Shown in pieces: positions 7,683-16,433 of a stretch of DNA of 64,000 nt. The notes beneath the pieces were generated by a model, which made no database searches, had not been told where the DNA came from, and was given only the letters and a program-made list of their open reading frames with translations. Numbering within the stretch: position 1 is the stretch's first letter; each line of letters opens with the position of its first letter. The stretch lies in NCBI GenBank assembly GCA_964543035.1, contig CAZIVL010000001.1, forward strand, positions 236,159 through 300,158, written 5' to 3'. The DNA is from an uncultured Gammaproteobacteria bacterium (GTDB lineage Bacteria; Patescibacteriota; Microgenomatia; CAZETR01; Amesbacteraceae). Position numbers and translations under genes: made by a program.

Positions 7683-9395
7683 ATGAAAAAAGACCTTTTA
7701 ATTTTATTAATTCTTATCATCCCCAGCTTTGCAATTTTGTTGCAAAAGGGTTATTTCTCCATGCACGATGATCTTCAGTCCATGCGCCAGTACCAGCAAG
7801 ACTTGTGTTTTGCAGACGGCCAGATCCCCTGTCGTTGGGTGCCGGATATGGGTTATGGTTACGGCTACCCTTTGTTCAATTTTTACCCCCCACTTCCATA
7901 TCTCTTAGGACAACCGTTACGTCTTTTAGATATCTCTTACATCGACATTGTAAAGATTGTGGGAATTATGGGTTGGGTCAGTTCAGCAGTCTTCATGTAT
8001 CTTTTGGGGCGAGAGTTTTGGGGGCGAAGAGGGGGATTAGTCTCGGCAGTCTTTTATACATATGCTCCTTATCATTCGGTTGATTTTTATGTCCGGGGAG
8101 CCATGAATGAGTTTTGGGCCCTAGTCTTCTACCCCGCCATTTTTTATAGCACTTATCGCCTCATATTGTCATCCCGACCAAGCGAAAGCGCGTGGAGGGA
8201 TCCCTCGACCCGGCTCGGGATGTCAAGCGTGAACGTGAAGTGGATTGTATTCACGTCTCTCTCCGTCACAGGTCTCATGCTTTCTCACAACCCCATGCTC
8301 ATGATCTTCGCCCCGGTTCTCATCGGCTGGTGCCTGCTCTGGCTGATAAAGTTTAAAACCATTCAACCATTTGGCCATTTATCCATTGCGGCCATATGGT
8401 CCGCAGGCCTGGCCGCCTTCTTCACTCTTCCGGTCGTTTTTGAGCAGCAGTTTGTCAGCATCTGGACACTCACCTCAGGATACTTCAATTATCTGGCTCA
8501 CTTTTTGGACATCAAGCAGATTTTTATAAATATCAATTGGGGTTATGGATCATCTGAGCTGGGACCTACTGACAGCATGTCATTTGCCATTGGTTACTTG
8601 CACTGGATAGTGCCATTGGTAATCTTGATTTTTTCCCTTACAAAAAAACTTCGGCCATATATAGCCATAATTCTTTATTCCATATTCATAATTCTTGTTT
8701 CTCTATTTATGTCACATTCAAAATCGACGTTTTTATGGCAGCATCTAAGACCCCTGGAGTTGCTACAGTTCCCCTGGCGTTTTCTGACTTTGACCATTTT
8801 TGGAGCCTCGTTTGCTGCAGGAGCCATTGCTCCAGCCGTAAACAAAAAATTATTGCTCACAGCACTTATAACCTCAGTCATAATACTAAATGGTAATTAC
8901 TTTCGTCCCAGGGATTGGTATCCAGATATGACTGACCAAGCAAAGTTTTCCGGCAAGTCGTGGCAACTTCTTGTTACCTCTGGCATCTTTGATTACTTAC
9001 CCATCTGGGCACCATTCCCCCCGGCAGACCCAGCCGGCGCTGACTTAAACATAGTTCAAGGCGAAGGGGAGTATACCCGAGTTCTAAAATCATCCAATAA
9101 GCAGGTTTATAAAGTCGATGTTATTTTGGACTCAGCCACAATTGAACTGCAGACATATTACTTTCCCGGTTGGCGGGCATATGTAGATGGAGTAGAACAG
9201 CAGATTGACCCCACTCGCGACCCTCTTTTGGGGCGCATCCAGGTCGACTTGTCTTCTGGATCCCACCAAGTTGAGATCCGGTTTACAAACACCCCGATTC
9301 GTCTCCTTGCAAACTCCCTATCTGTCATCTCCTGGGCGGCAATGGTTGGTATAATAATTGTATGGATGTGGAGGAGATCTCTTCTGAAGAGTTAA
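7683..9395 (+). CDS. YfhO-like polytopic membrane protein (GT-C-like), short-form family B
   Basis: 570 aa with many TM helices. N-terminal periplasmic motif MHDD...CRWVPDMGYGYGYPLFNFY is shared with 35412..37031. C-terminal YFPGWRAYVDG...terminal TM signature is shared with the 767-aa YfhO-like protein at 20783..23086. Confidence 0.6.
   Translation: MKKDLLILLILIIPSFAILLQKGYFSMHDDLQSMRQYQQDLCFADGQIPCRWVPDMGYGYGYPLFNFYPPLPYLLGQPLRLLDISYIDIVKIVGIMGWVSSAVFMYLLGREFWGRRGGLVSAVFYTYAPYHSVDFYVRGAMNEFWALVFYPAIFYSTYRLILSSRPSESAWRDPSTRLGMSSVNVKWIVFTSLSVTGLMLSHNPMLMIFAPVLIGWCLLWLIKFKTIQPFGHLSIAAIWSAGLAAFFTLPVVFEQQFVSIWTLTSGYFNYLAHFLDIKQIFININWGYGSSELGPTDSMSFAIGYLHWIVPLVILIFSLTKKLRPYIAIILYSIFIILVSLFMSHSKSTFLWQHLRPLELLQFPWRFLTLTIFGASFAAGAIAPAVNKKLLLTALITSVIILNGNYFRPRDWYPDMTDQAKFSGKSWQLLVTSGIFDYLPIWAPFPPADPAGADLNIVQGEGEYTRVLKSSNKQVYKVDVILDSATIELQTYYFPGWRAYVDGVEQQIDPTRDPLLGRIQVDLSSGSHQVEIRFTNTPIRLLANSLSVISWAAMVGIIIVWMWRRSLLKS
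8167..8225. repeat. GC-rich palindromic mini-element, copy 1, inserted in-frame in the 7683 CDS (encodes ...SAWRDPSTRLGMS...)
   Basis: Terminal inverted repeats tgtcatcccga at 8167-8177 and tcgggatgtca at 8215-8225. Internal 12-nt perfect palindrome gagggatccctc at 8195-8206. About 60% GC in a roughly 40% GC gene. The host protein carries a roughly 22-aa insertion relative to its paralog 35412 at this site. Confidence 0.6.
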
Positions 9396-10819
9396 GGGTC
9401 GTAAAATCACGAGCAGTCCGCGGCATGGCGACACTTACGGGTGGGGGATTGATCCTGACCTTCATCTCAGGTATCGGGGTATTGCTCCTGACTACTTATC
9501 TGGGACCAAAAGAATTTGGCCTCTACGCCTTGATAGGCAGTATTATTGTAATCTTAAGCTACTTTTCAGACATTGGTTTGGCGGCCTCTCTTATCCAAAA
9601 AAAAGAAAGTCCCACCAAGTCCGATCTCCAAACGACATTTACCATTCAGCAAACTCTAGTGTTACTAGGTATCGCCGTAGCCCTTATATTGTCTCCCGCA
9701 ATCAGAGCTTATTACTCCCTTGGTTTGCCTGAGTACTATCTCTACCTGTCTCTTCTTCTTAGCTTCTTTCTCTCTTCACTCAAATCTATTCCTTCGGTCA
9801 TGCTCGAGAGATCACTGCGTTTTGACCGTATTATGTTAGTTCGAATTGCCGAGTCTTTGACATTCAATGTCACCGCTGTGGTTCTGGCTATCCAAGGCAT
9901 GGGTCTTATGTCCTATGTCCCGGCCGTCATTGCTCAAGGAATAGTGGGACTAGTGCTCATTTGGCTATTTCATCCTTGGCCAGTAGGTCTGGCTTTCTCC
10001 AGAGCCAGTCTGCACAAACTATTGCACTTTGGAGTGCCCTATCAGACAAATTCTCTCTTGGCAGTTGCCAAAGACCAGGTGGTAAATCTCTTTTTGTGGA
10101 AGATAGTAGGGCCCGTCGGCATGGGTCTGGCAAATTGGGGTTTTTATTATAGTCAAATGCCCCAAAGACTGATCATGGACAATGCTACTCGGGTCGCCTT
10201 TCCTGCCCTTTCTCGTCTGCAGGATCATCCTCAGGAGTTCAAAGCGGCCACCGAAAAATTATTACTATTTGTGTGTTTAGTAGTATTTCCCACACTAGTG
10301 GGAATCAGTCTACTGTGGTCTCACTTGGCATACTTGGTTCCCAAATGGTACAAATGGCAACCGGCACTTATCCCACTGTATCTTTATTGCTTTAGCGCCG
10401 CCATTTCCTGTCTGTCTACTCCTCTGACAAACACTCTATATGCAGCAGGTAAAGCAAAGATTGTGACCGGACTCATGGTTATGTGGCTGGTTTTAGAGTG
10501 GCTGCTCAAGCCCACTATGGCCGCAAGTTTTGGCTATCTCGGCGTGGCTTACGCCACAGCCATTATTTCATTTTCTTCTCTAGTGCCCTTTTTTATCGCT
10601 CAAAGAATTATTCGCTTTAACATACTAAAGAGCCTATTTACTCCTGTCGTATCTACACTAATCATGATTATATTTGCAGTATGGTCGCATTCTTTGGGGG
10701 TAATACCTTCAGTCACAATTGCCACACTTGCCTATATCAGTGCCGTCGCCCTGTTTGGTGGAAAGAAATTATATGCCCAAGTTAGGCCATTCTACGAACA
10801 CTTCCGTGCAAAAATATAA
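9362..10819 (+). CDS. Wzx-like oligosaccharide/polysaccharide flippase (MOP superfamily)
   Basis: 485 aa with about 12-14 TM helices. N-terminus ...VKSRAVRG.ATL.GGG..L...I.G.GVLLLTTYLGPKEFGLYA matches the Wzx/Polysacc_synt N-terminal signature. Confidence 0.7.
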   Translation: MDVEEISSEELRVVKSRAVRGMATLTGGGLILTFISGIGVLLLTTYLGPKEFGLYALIGSIIVILSYFSDIGLAASLIQKKESPTKSDLQTTFTIQQTLVLLGIAVALILSPAIRAYYSLGLPEYYLYLSLLLSFFLSSLKSIPSVMLERSLRFDRIMLVRIAESLTFNVTAVVLAIQGMGLMSYVPAVIAQGIVGLVLIWLFHPWPVGLAFSRASLHKLLHFGVPYQTNSLLAVAKDQVVNLFLWKIVGPVGMGLANWGFYYSQMPQRLIMDNATRVAFPALSRLQDHPQEFKAATEKLLLFVCLVVFPTLVGISLLWSHLAYLVPKWYKWQPALIPLYLYCFSAAISCLSTPLTNTLYAAGKAKIVTGLMVMWLVLEWLLKPTMAASFGYLGVAYATAIISFSSLVPFFIAQRIIRFNILKSLFTPVVSTLIMIIFAVWSHSLGVIPSVTIATLAYISAVALFGGKKLYAQVRPFYEHFRAKI

Positions 10820-12416
10820 ACTTTGGTTACTTCTTTTTATTGGTACCATTTGTTGGTCGGCGACAATGGTAAAAAGCGGATTGATTTACGACTACGGTAT
10901 GGGTTTTTGGGGCGCCAATGGTCACGATGGCATTTGGCATATATCTCTTATCAAGTCGCTATCCCAGGGCTCAATGCAAATGCCTATTTTTGCAGGCGAG
11001 GGTATCAAAAATTATCATATTGGCTTTGATCTATTAGTAGCTGCTCTTCATACCGTTTCTCGCATTCCTGTTGTAACCTTGTACTTTCAGATACTGCCAC
11101 CACTGTTTGCATTCGCAATTGGACTTCTTACTTATCTTCTTACAAAAAATATTTGGTCGGTATTCTTTGTATATTTTGGCGGTTCATGGGCCTGGCTGTT
11201 CGGCCGAGGCGAGTCCACCTTTTGGTCTCAGCAAGCTATATCAACTCTTATCAATCCTCCACTGGCCCTTTCTCTTATATTGTTACTAGTAGGACTTATT
11301 TTAATTAGGTCAAACAAAGAGTTATTGGCAACCCTCTTTTTTGTAATTGCCGGTTTTGTAAAAGTATATGCCGGATTACTGGCCCTTGCAGCATTGTTAG
11401 TAGTAGGTCTTATAAAAGACCGTAAGTTTATCAAGATTTTTATCTTTACCCTTATTTTTTCGGCTGCCATGTATCTTCCCCTAAATCGCAATTCCACAAG
11501 TCTTTTGGTCTGGCAACCGGGTTGGTTCCTCGAGACCATGATGGGGCTCTCAGATCGTCTAAACTGGCCGAGATTTTATTCCGCCATGACCAATTACCGC
11601 TTGGCGGACAATTGGCCAAAAGCGGTCTTGGCATACACAGTCGCATTTTTAATCTTTTGGTTTGGCAATATGGGCACCCGAGGCATAAAAGAAATAAGTG
11701 TTTTAAAAGACTTAAAAAACATCAGAAATATTTCTTCCGAACATCTATTTATATGGACAATAATCATAGCCGGGGGAATAGTTCCCATGTTTTTTTTGCA
11801 AAAAGGCACTCCCTGGAACACTATTCAATTCTTTTACTACTCACTATTTTTTTCATCAGTTCTTGCGGGTCTTTCAGTAGAGTATCTGTTGTCAAAAATT
11901 AAAAATTCCAAATTCATAATTTTAGCCTCAGTACTCATAGTAGTTCTCACCATTCCCACGACAATCATTAGTCTCAAAGATATTTACTTGCCAGGCAGAC
12001 CTCCCGCCATGATTAGCACTCGGGAGTTAGAGGCTCTTAACTTTTTGGCTACTCTCCCCAAAGGCACAGTCCTTACACCGCCTGTTGTGGTCAATCCTTA
12101 TGCCAAAGCTCCCAGACCACTGTATCTATATGAGTCTACTGCGTACGTTTCCGCCATTTCAGGCCAACCTGTCTTTATGGAAGATGAGGTCAATCTGAAC
12201 ATTACAGATTATGCATGGGAAACCCGGAAAAGTGATGTAAAGTCATTATTTGAACAAACCGATAAAGAAAAAGCTAAAAAATTTGTGAATGATAACAACA
12301 TAAGTTATGTTTATCTTCCTCGAATCCATGAGACTAGACCATATCTCAGCGATACACAGATGGGGATGAAAAACATATTTGAAAATTCCGAAGCAGCCAT
12401 TTGGCAACGACAATGA
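10773..12416 (+). CDS. polytopic membrane protein with C-terminal soluble domain; function unknown (possible GT-C-like)
   Basis: The ORF is open from a TTG at 10719. The first ATG is at 10773, preceded by GGTGGAAAG. Motifs include IYDYGMGFWGANGHDGIWHIS. The roughly 400-aa hydrophobic region is followed by a roughly 130-aa hydrophilic tail. Confidence 0.5.
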   Translation: MPKLGHSTNTSVQKYKLWLLLFIGTICWSATMVKSGLIYDYGMGFWGANGHDGIWHISLIKSLSQGSMQMPIFAGEGIKNYHIGFDLLVAALHTVSRIPVVTLYFQILPPLFAFAIGLLTYLLTKNIWSVFFVYFGGSWAWLFGRGESTFWSQQAISTLINPPLALSLILLLVGLILIRSNKELLATLFFVIAGFVKVYAGLLALAALLVVGLIKDRKFIKIFIFTLIFSAAMYLPLNRNSTSLLVWQPGWFLETMMGLSDRLNWPRFYSAMTNYRLADNWPKAVLAYTVAFLIFWFGNMGTRGIKEISVLKDLKNIRNISSEHLFIWTIIIAGGIVPMFFLQKGTPWNTIQFFYYSLFFSSVLAGLSVEYLLSKIKNSKFIILASVLIVVLTIPTTIISLKDIYLPGRPPAMISTRELEALNFLATLPKGTVLTPPVVVNPYAKAPRPLYLYESTAYVSAISGQPVFMEDEVNLNITDYAWETRKSDVKSLFEQTDKEKAKKFVNDNNISYVYLPRIHETRPYLSDTQMGMKNIFENSEAAIWQRQ

Positions 12417-13021
12417 AAATAAAATTAATATTCCTACTTATTCTTTTTACTAGCCCTGGCTTTTGGCAAGTTTTTTTTCAGCCTCAAGCGTTTTTTTCAC
12501 AAGTTATACAATTCCCCAAGTACGTCTCCCAGACAGTCACAGCCAAGATCAAAAGCACCGAATACAGTACAAGATTACAAGAGATGCGCTGGGGCGGGCG
12601 GGCGTTGCATAGGGAAGACACAATTTCAAAAATTTTATACTTTCGTCACATTGTCATTCTCAACGAAATGTTTGAATTTATTCAAAACGCATCCCCTAAG
12701 TTTTTTTTCTTGGCTGGAGACGGCAGCAATTTCTCTCCCAGGCGGATTGAGCCCATTTCCTCTATTCTATTTCCTTTTTGGATCATAGGGATCACCACTC
12801 TTATCAGGGAAGGCAAAAAAAAGGTTGGGTGGTTATTCTTGTTATTTTGTTTCATAGGATACATATCAGGTCACAAAAATCTTGTTTTCCTTTTCCCATT
12901 ATTTTTGTTACAGATATATATCTGCTCAGTAGGAGTAAGTCTTTTTGGCAAGAAGACATTAGCCGTTACCTTCGTTTACGGTGTATATATCTCTCTTATG
13001 AATTTATGGCTAAATATTTAG
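12413..13021 (+). CDS. truncated PMT_2 paralog fragment (internal segment only), possibly a gene remnant
   Basis: 202 aa. ATGA overlap at 12413-12416. FEFIQNASPKFFFLAGDGSNFSPRRIEP...LFPFWIIGITTLIREGKKK aligns to the mid-region of the full-length PMT_2 proteins (for example ERYLNHFSPRYLFFEGDWSNLRH...HIPEIIFILVGLVYLLKK in 38571). It lacks the N-terminal DE/TGRDEWG catalytic loop and the C-terminal domain. Confidence 0.5.
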   Translation: MKIKLIFLLILFTSPGFWQVFFQPQAFFSQVIQFPKYVSQTVTAKIKSTEYSTRLQEMRWGGRALHREDTISKILYFRHIVILNEMFEFIQNASPKFFFLAGDGSNFSPRRIEPISSILFPFWIIGITTLIREGKKKVGWLFLLFCFIGYISGHKNLVFLFPLFLLQIYICSVGVSLFGKKTLAVTFVYGVYISLMNLWLNI

Positions 13022-14613
13022 TTCTCATTTTTGGGTTTGCTTTGCTTTTCCGTTTTTGGCAGATCACGACATATCCTGTCTCCCTAACCATGGACGAAGT
13101 AGCCATTGGTTACGGCAGTTACTCTCTTTTGCAAACAGGTCGTGACGAATGGGGAGCTCCCGTACCCCTCGTTTTCAAATCAGTGGGCGACTACAAGCCA
13201 CCCATCAATTTTTATCTTGTTGTCTCATCCATAAAATTATTTGGTCTTACCGAGTTTGCCGTTCGTTTTCCAGTCGCGCTTATTGGCTCATTGACATCAA
13301 TTTTGTTTGTGGTCTTTCTAAGGAGGCTTGGTCTTTCAAAATCAGCAAGTTTGTTTGGAGGACTTTGGCTTGCAATTCTTCCCTGGCACGTTCACCACTC
13401 ACGTTATGGCTTGGAAGCAATCACCGCTCTGTTCTTTTTATTAGCAGGTTGCGCTGCCTGGTGGACAGCCACAGCAAAGAAATCATATTTTTACTTAGGG
13501 TTATCAATTGTCTCTTTTGGTATCTCTGTCTGGGCATATCATTCAAATCGACTTTTTGTGCCCTTGTTAGTACTCTTTTTGGTTATTTCACAATTCAAGC
13601 ACGTTAGATACTTTTTGCTGTTCAACAGCAAAAAGTTGGTAATTTGTCTATTGTTGTTCGCTTCATTGGCTGGACCGTTTTTGCATTTGGCATTGACATC
13701 AGAAGCAATAAAACAGCGAGCTGCCATGACATCGATCTTGAGAGACAGCGGTCTTTTAAGAAGTCTGCATCAGGGAAAATATGCAAATATTTATGAACGT
13801 ATATTTGATCATGACTGGTATCTTATTTTTCATCATTGGGTGGGAAAGTACACAGATTATTTTGATTTGAGATTCTGGTTTTGGAAAGGACTCTCACTTT
13901 CTCCTCCGGGATATCCAGACTCAGGACTACTTTATGTTCTTGATCTACCCCTGTTTGCTTTTGGAGTTTGGGTTTTGGTCAAAAGCAAAAATAAATTACT
14001 TCAATCTTTGACCATTTTTTGGTTTTTTGTGGGTCCTTTGGCCTCGTCGTTTACTATGAACGACCAGCACACGCTTCGCACACTAGTCTGGTTGCCATTT
14101 TTTGGTATCGTGGTTGCTTCCGGGGCTGATTATCTAAAAAAGCGTTTTAGGCCTGTAATTCTACTGTATTTTGTAACACTCCTCATAAACGTAGCCTATA
14201 TTAAAGATCTCTATACTACGGCTCTCCCTTTCTATTTTTCAGAGTATTGGCAGTATGGATTCAAGCAAGCTGCTCTATACGGATGCGAACATCGGGATGA
14301 GTATAACCGGGTCGTCATTTCTCCCACGTTTGGCAGCTTGGGTCCTCTTACGACTGGAATTCCGGATTACTATGTCCTGTTTTACTGTCAGTACCCCCCA
14401 GAAAAGTACATGTTCACCAAAAAAATAGACAAATTTGAGATCGGTCGAGTTGATTGGCGGGATCAGCTTCAAAGAGGGGGTAGAGCTCTTCTAATATCTG
14501 CAAAATGGGACTATCCCGAAGTCACAGCCCCAGAAGAGTACGTGGTCAAACGAGTAGATTATTTCAACGAGTCTCCCGGCCTGTACTTTGTAGACACTGG
14601 TCTTGTGCGCTAA
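13006..14613 (+). CDS. PMT_2/GT39-like GT-C membrane glycosyltransferase (undecaprenyl-phosphate-sugar dependent)
   Basis: The ORF track opens at 12778, but the conserved N-terminus MAKYLVLIFGFALLFRFWQI...LTMDEVAIGYGSYSLLQTGRDEWG...SVGDYKPP begins at ATG 13006. 535 aa. The C-terminal YWQYGFKQA...YNRV region matches the paralogs. Confidence 0.75.
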   Translation: MAKYLVLIFGFALLFRFWQITTYPVSLTMDEVAIGYGSYSLLQTGRDEWGAPVPLVFKSVGDYKPPINFYLVVSSIKLFGLTEFAVRFPVALIGSLTSILFVVFLRRLGLSKSASLFGGLWLAILPWHVHHSRYGLEAITALFFLLAGCAAWWTATAKKSYFYLGLSIVSFGISVWAYHSNRLFVPLLVLFLVISQFKHVRYFLLFNSKKLVICLLLFASLAGPFLHLALTSEAIKQRAAMTSILRDSGLLRSLHQGKYANIYERIFDHDWYLIFHHWVGKYTDYFDLRFWFWKGLSLSPPGYPDSGLLYVLDLPLFAFGVWVLVKSKNKLLQSLTIFWFFVGPLASSFTMNDQHTLRTLVWLPFFGIVVASGADYLKKRFRPVILLYFVTLLINVAYIKDLYTTALPFYFSEYWQYGFKQAALYGCEHRDEYNRVVISPTFGSLGPLTTGIPDYYVLFYCQYPPEKYMFTKKIDKFEIGRVDWRDQLQRGGRALLISAKWDYPEVTAPEEYVVKRVDYFNESPGLYFVDTGLVR

Positions 14614-14626
14614 AATAGAACTACAC

Positions 14627-15538
14627 ATGCTCTCGGTTGTAATTACCACATGGAATGAGGAGAAAGCCCTGCCCAGAGCCGTGGCTTCAGTCAAAAAGTT
14701 GGCAGGTGAGATCGTCGTGGTCGACACAGAAAGCACGGACGACACAGTAAAGATCGCTCGTGAGCTGGGTTGCAAGGTCTTTACTCACAAAAATACAGGC
14801 ATAGTTGAGCCAGTCCGCAACTTCTCTATTTCCAAAGCTCGCGGGGACTGGATTTTGATACTAGACGCCGACGAAGAGATACCGAGCGTTTTACTAGAAA
14901 AGATCAAAAATATCGTTACAAGCTCTGAATCAGCCGATTTCTACCGCATCCCAAGGAAAAATATGATCTTTGGCAAATGGATTCAGAGCAGTCATTGGTG
15001 GCCGGATTATGTATACAGATTGTTCAAAAAGGGCCATGTGAGCTGGGAAGATACCATTCATAGTGTTCCGTTTACCAAAGGAAGGGGAGCTGATCTAAAT
15101 GCTGATTCCGAAACAGCCATAATTCATCACCACTATGTAACCATAGGTCAGTATGTAGATAGGCTAAATCGCTACACCGATCATCAGCTCAAACATCTTC
15201 AAAAAGAAGGATACAACTTTTCATGGACTCATTTAATTGACAAGCCGTTCTCTGAATTTATTCGTCAGTACTTTGCCAGAGGGGGATACAAAGACGGATT
15301 GCATGGTCTGTCTCTGTCTGCCCTCCAGGCATTTTCAGAATTGGTTTTATATCTCAAAGCCTGGGAGGCATCAAGTTTTCTACCCAAAACGATTACCCCG
15401 ATTCAAGTATCAGAACAAATCTTTGCAAAAAAGTCAGAGTTTCTATGGTGGAGCATGGATGCTCGTATAAAAGAGTCGAGCTGGATAGGAAAAATTTATT
15501 ACCGATTACTTCGCAGGCTGACGGTTCATGCAAATTAG
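14627..15538 (+). CDS. GT2 glycosyltransferase
   Basis: MLSVVITTWNEEKAL...EIVVVDTESTDDT...LDADEE. First ATG after the upstream stop at 14611-14613. Confidence 0.75.
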   Translation: MLSVVITTWNEEKALPRAVASVKKLAGEIVVVDTESTDDTVKIARELGCKVFTHKNTGIVEPVRNFSISKARGDWILILDADEEIPSVLLEKIKNIVTSSESADFYRIPRKNMIFGKWIQSSHWWPDYVYRLFKKGHVSWEDTIHSVPFTKGRGADLNADSETAIIHHHYVTIGQYVDRLNRYTDHQLKHLQKEGYNFSWTHLIDKPFSEFIRQYFARGGYKDGLHGLSLSALQAFSELVLYLKAWEASSFLPKTITPIQVSEQIFAKKSEFLWWSMDARIKESSWIGKIYYRLLRRLTVHAN

Positions 15539-16433
15539 CATCGTCGTTCTCAATTGGAATGGTGAGAAGTATGTTGACGACTGCTTACAATCGATCTCCA
15601 ATCTAAAAAGGGGAGAGCACGACCTAAATGTAATTGTAGTGGACAACGCTTCTACCGATTCTTCTCCTCAGCTCATTACCACCAGGTATCCAAAATTTTT
15701 ATTTCTGCCAACAGGAAAAAACTTAGGATATGCAGAGGGCAACAATGTCGGAATTCGAAAAGCTCTTGAGACGCAGGCGGATTTTGTTTGGATCGTAAAT
15801 CCGGATATCAAGCTTGAGCCCGGGGCTCTCCTGGCTTTTTTGGATGCTGCCAATGATCATCCCAGACATGGTATTTTTGGATCAAAAATTTATTTTTATC
15901 CGGGTTACGAATTTCACAAGGAGAGGTATCAAAAAAAAGATTTGGGACACGTCATTTGGTACGCAGGAGGTATCATGGACTGGAAAAACCTGATTGCCAT
16001 ACATCGCGGGGTCGATGAGGTCGACACCGGACAATATGATGAAGAAAAAGATACAGACTTTATAACCGGAGCCTCGATGTTTATCAGGCGGCAGACGCTT
16101 ATAGATGTGGGGTTGTTCGAAGCCAAATTTTTCTTATATTTTGAAGAAAACGACTTTTGCCAAAATGCGCAAAAGATAGGTTGGCACTTGCTGTTCGTTC
16201 CCGGCAGCATCGTCTGGCACAAAAATGCCCAAGCCACGGGCTCGGGGTCTCCCCTCCAGGACTATTACATAGCCCGAAATAGAATGTTATTTGGTATGCG
16301 TCATGCGCCGTTACACACCAAACTAGCTCTCATTCGTGAATCATTAACCCTTCTGTACTCCGGACGTCCCTGGCAAAAAATAGGCATCAAAGATTTTTAT
16401 CTCGGTCATTTCGGCAAGGGATCATATGCTTAG
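15528..16433 (+). CDS. GT2 glycosyltransferase (rhamnosyltransferase-like)
   Basis: ISIVVLNWNGEKYV...VIVVDNASTDSS...LGYAEGNN...FEENDFC. Confidence 0.75.
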   Translation: MQISIVVLNWNGEKYVDDCLQSISNLKRGEHDLNVIVVDNASTDSSPQLITTRYPKFLFLPTGKNLGYAEGNNVGIRKALETQADFVWIVNPDIKLEPGALLAFLDAANDHPRHGIFGSKIYFYPGYEFHKERYQKKDLGHVIWYAGGIMDWKNLIAIHRGVDEVDTGQYDEEKDTDFITGASMFIRRQTLIDVGLFEAKFFLYFEENDFCQNAQKIGWHLLFVPGSIVWHKNAQATGSGSPLQDYYIARNRMLFGMRHAPLHTKLALIRESLTLLYSGRPWQKIGIKDFYLGHFGKGSYA

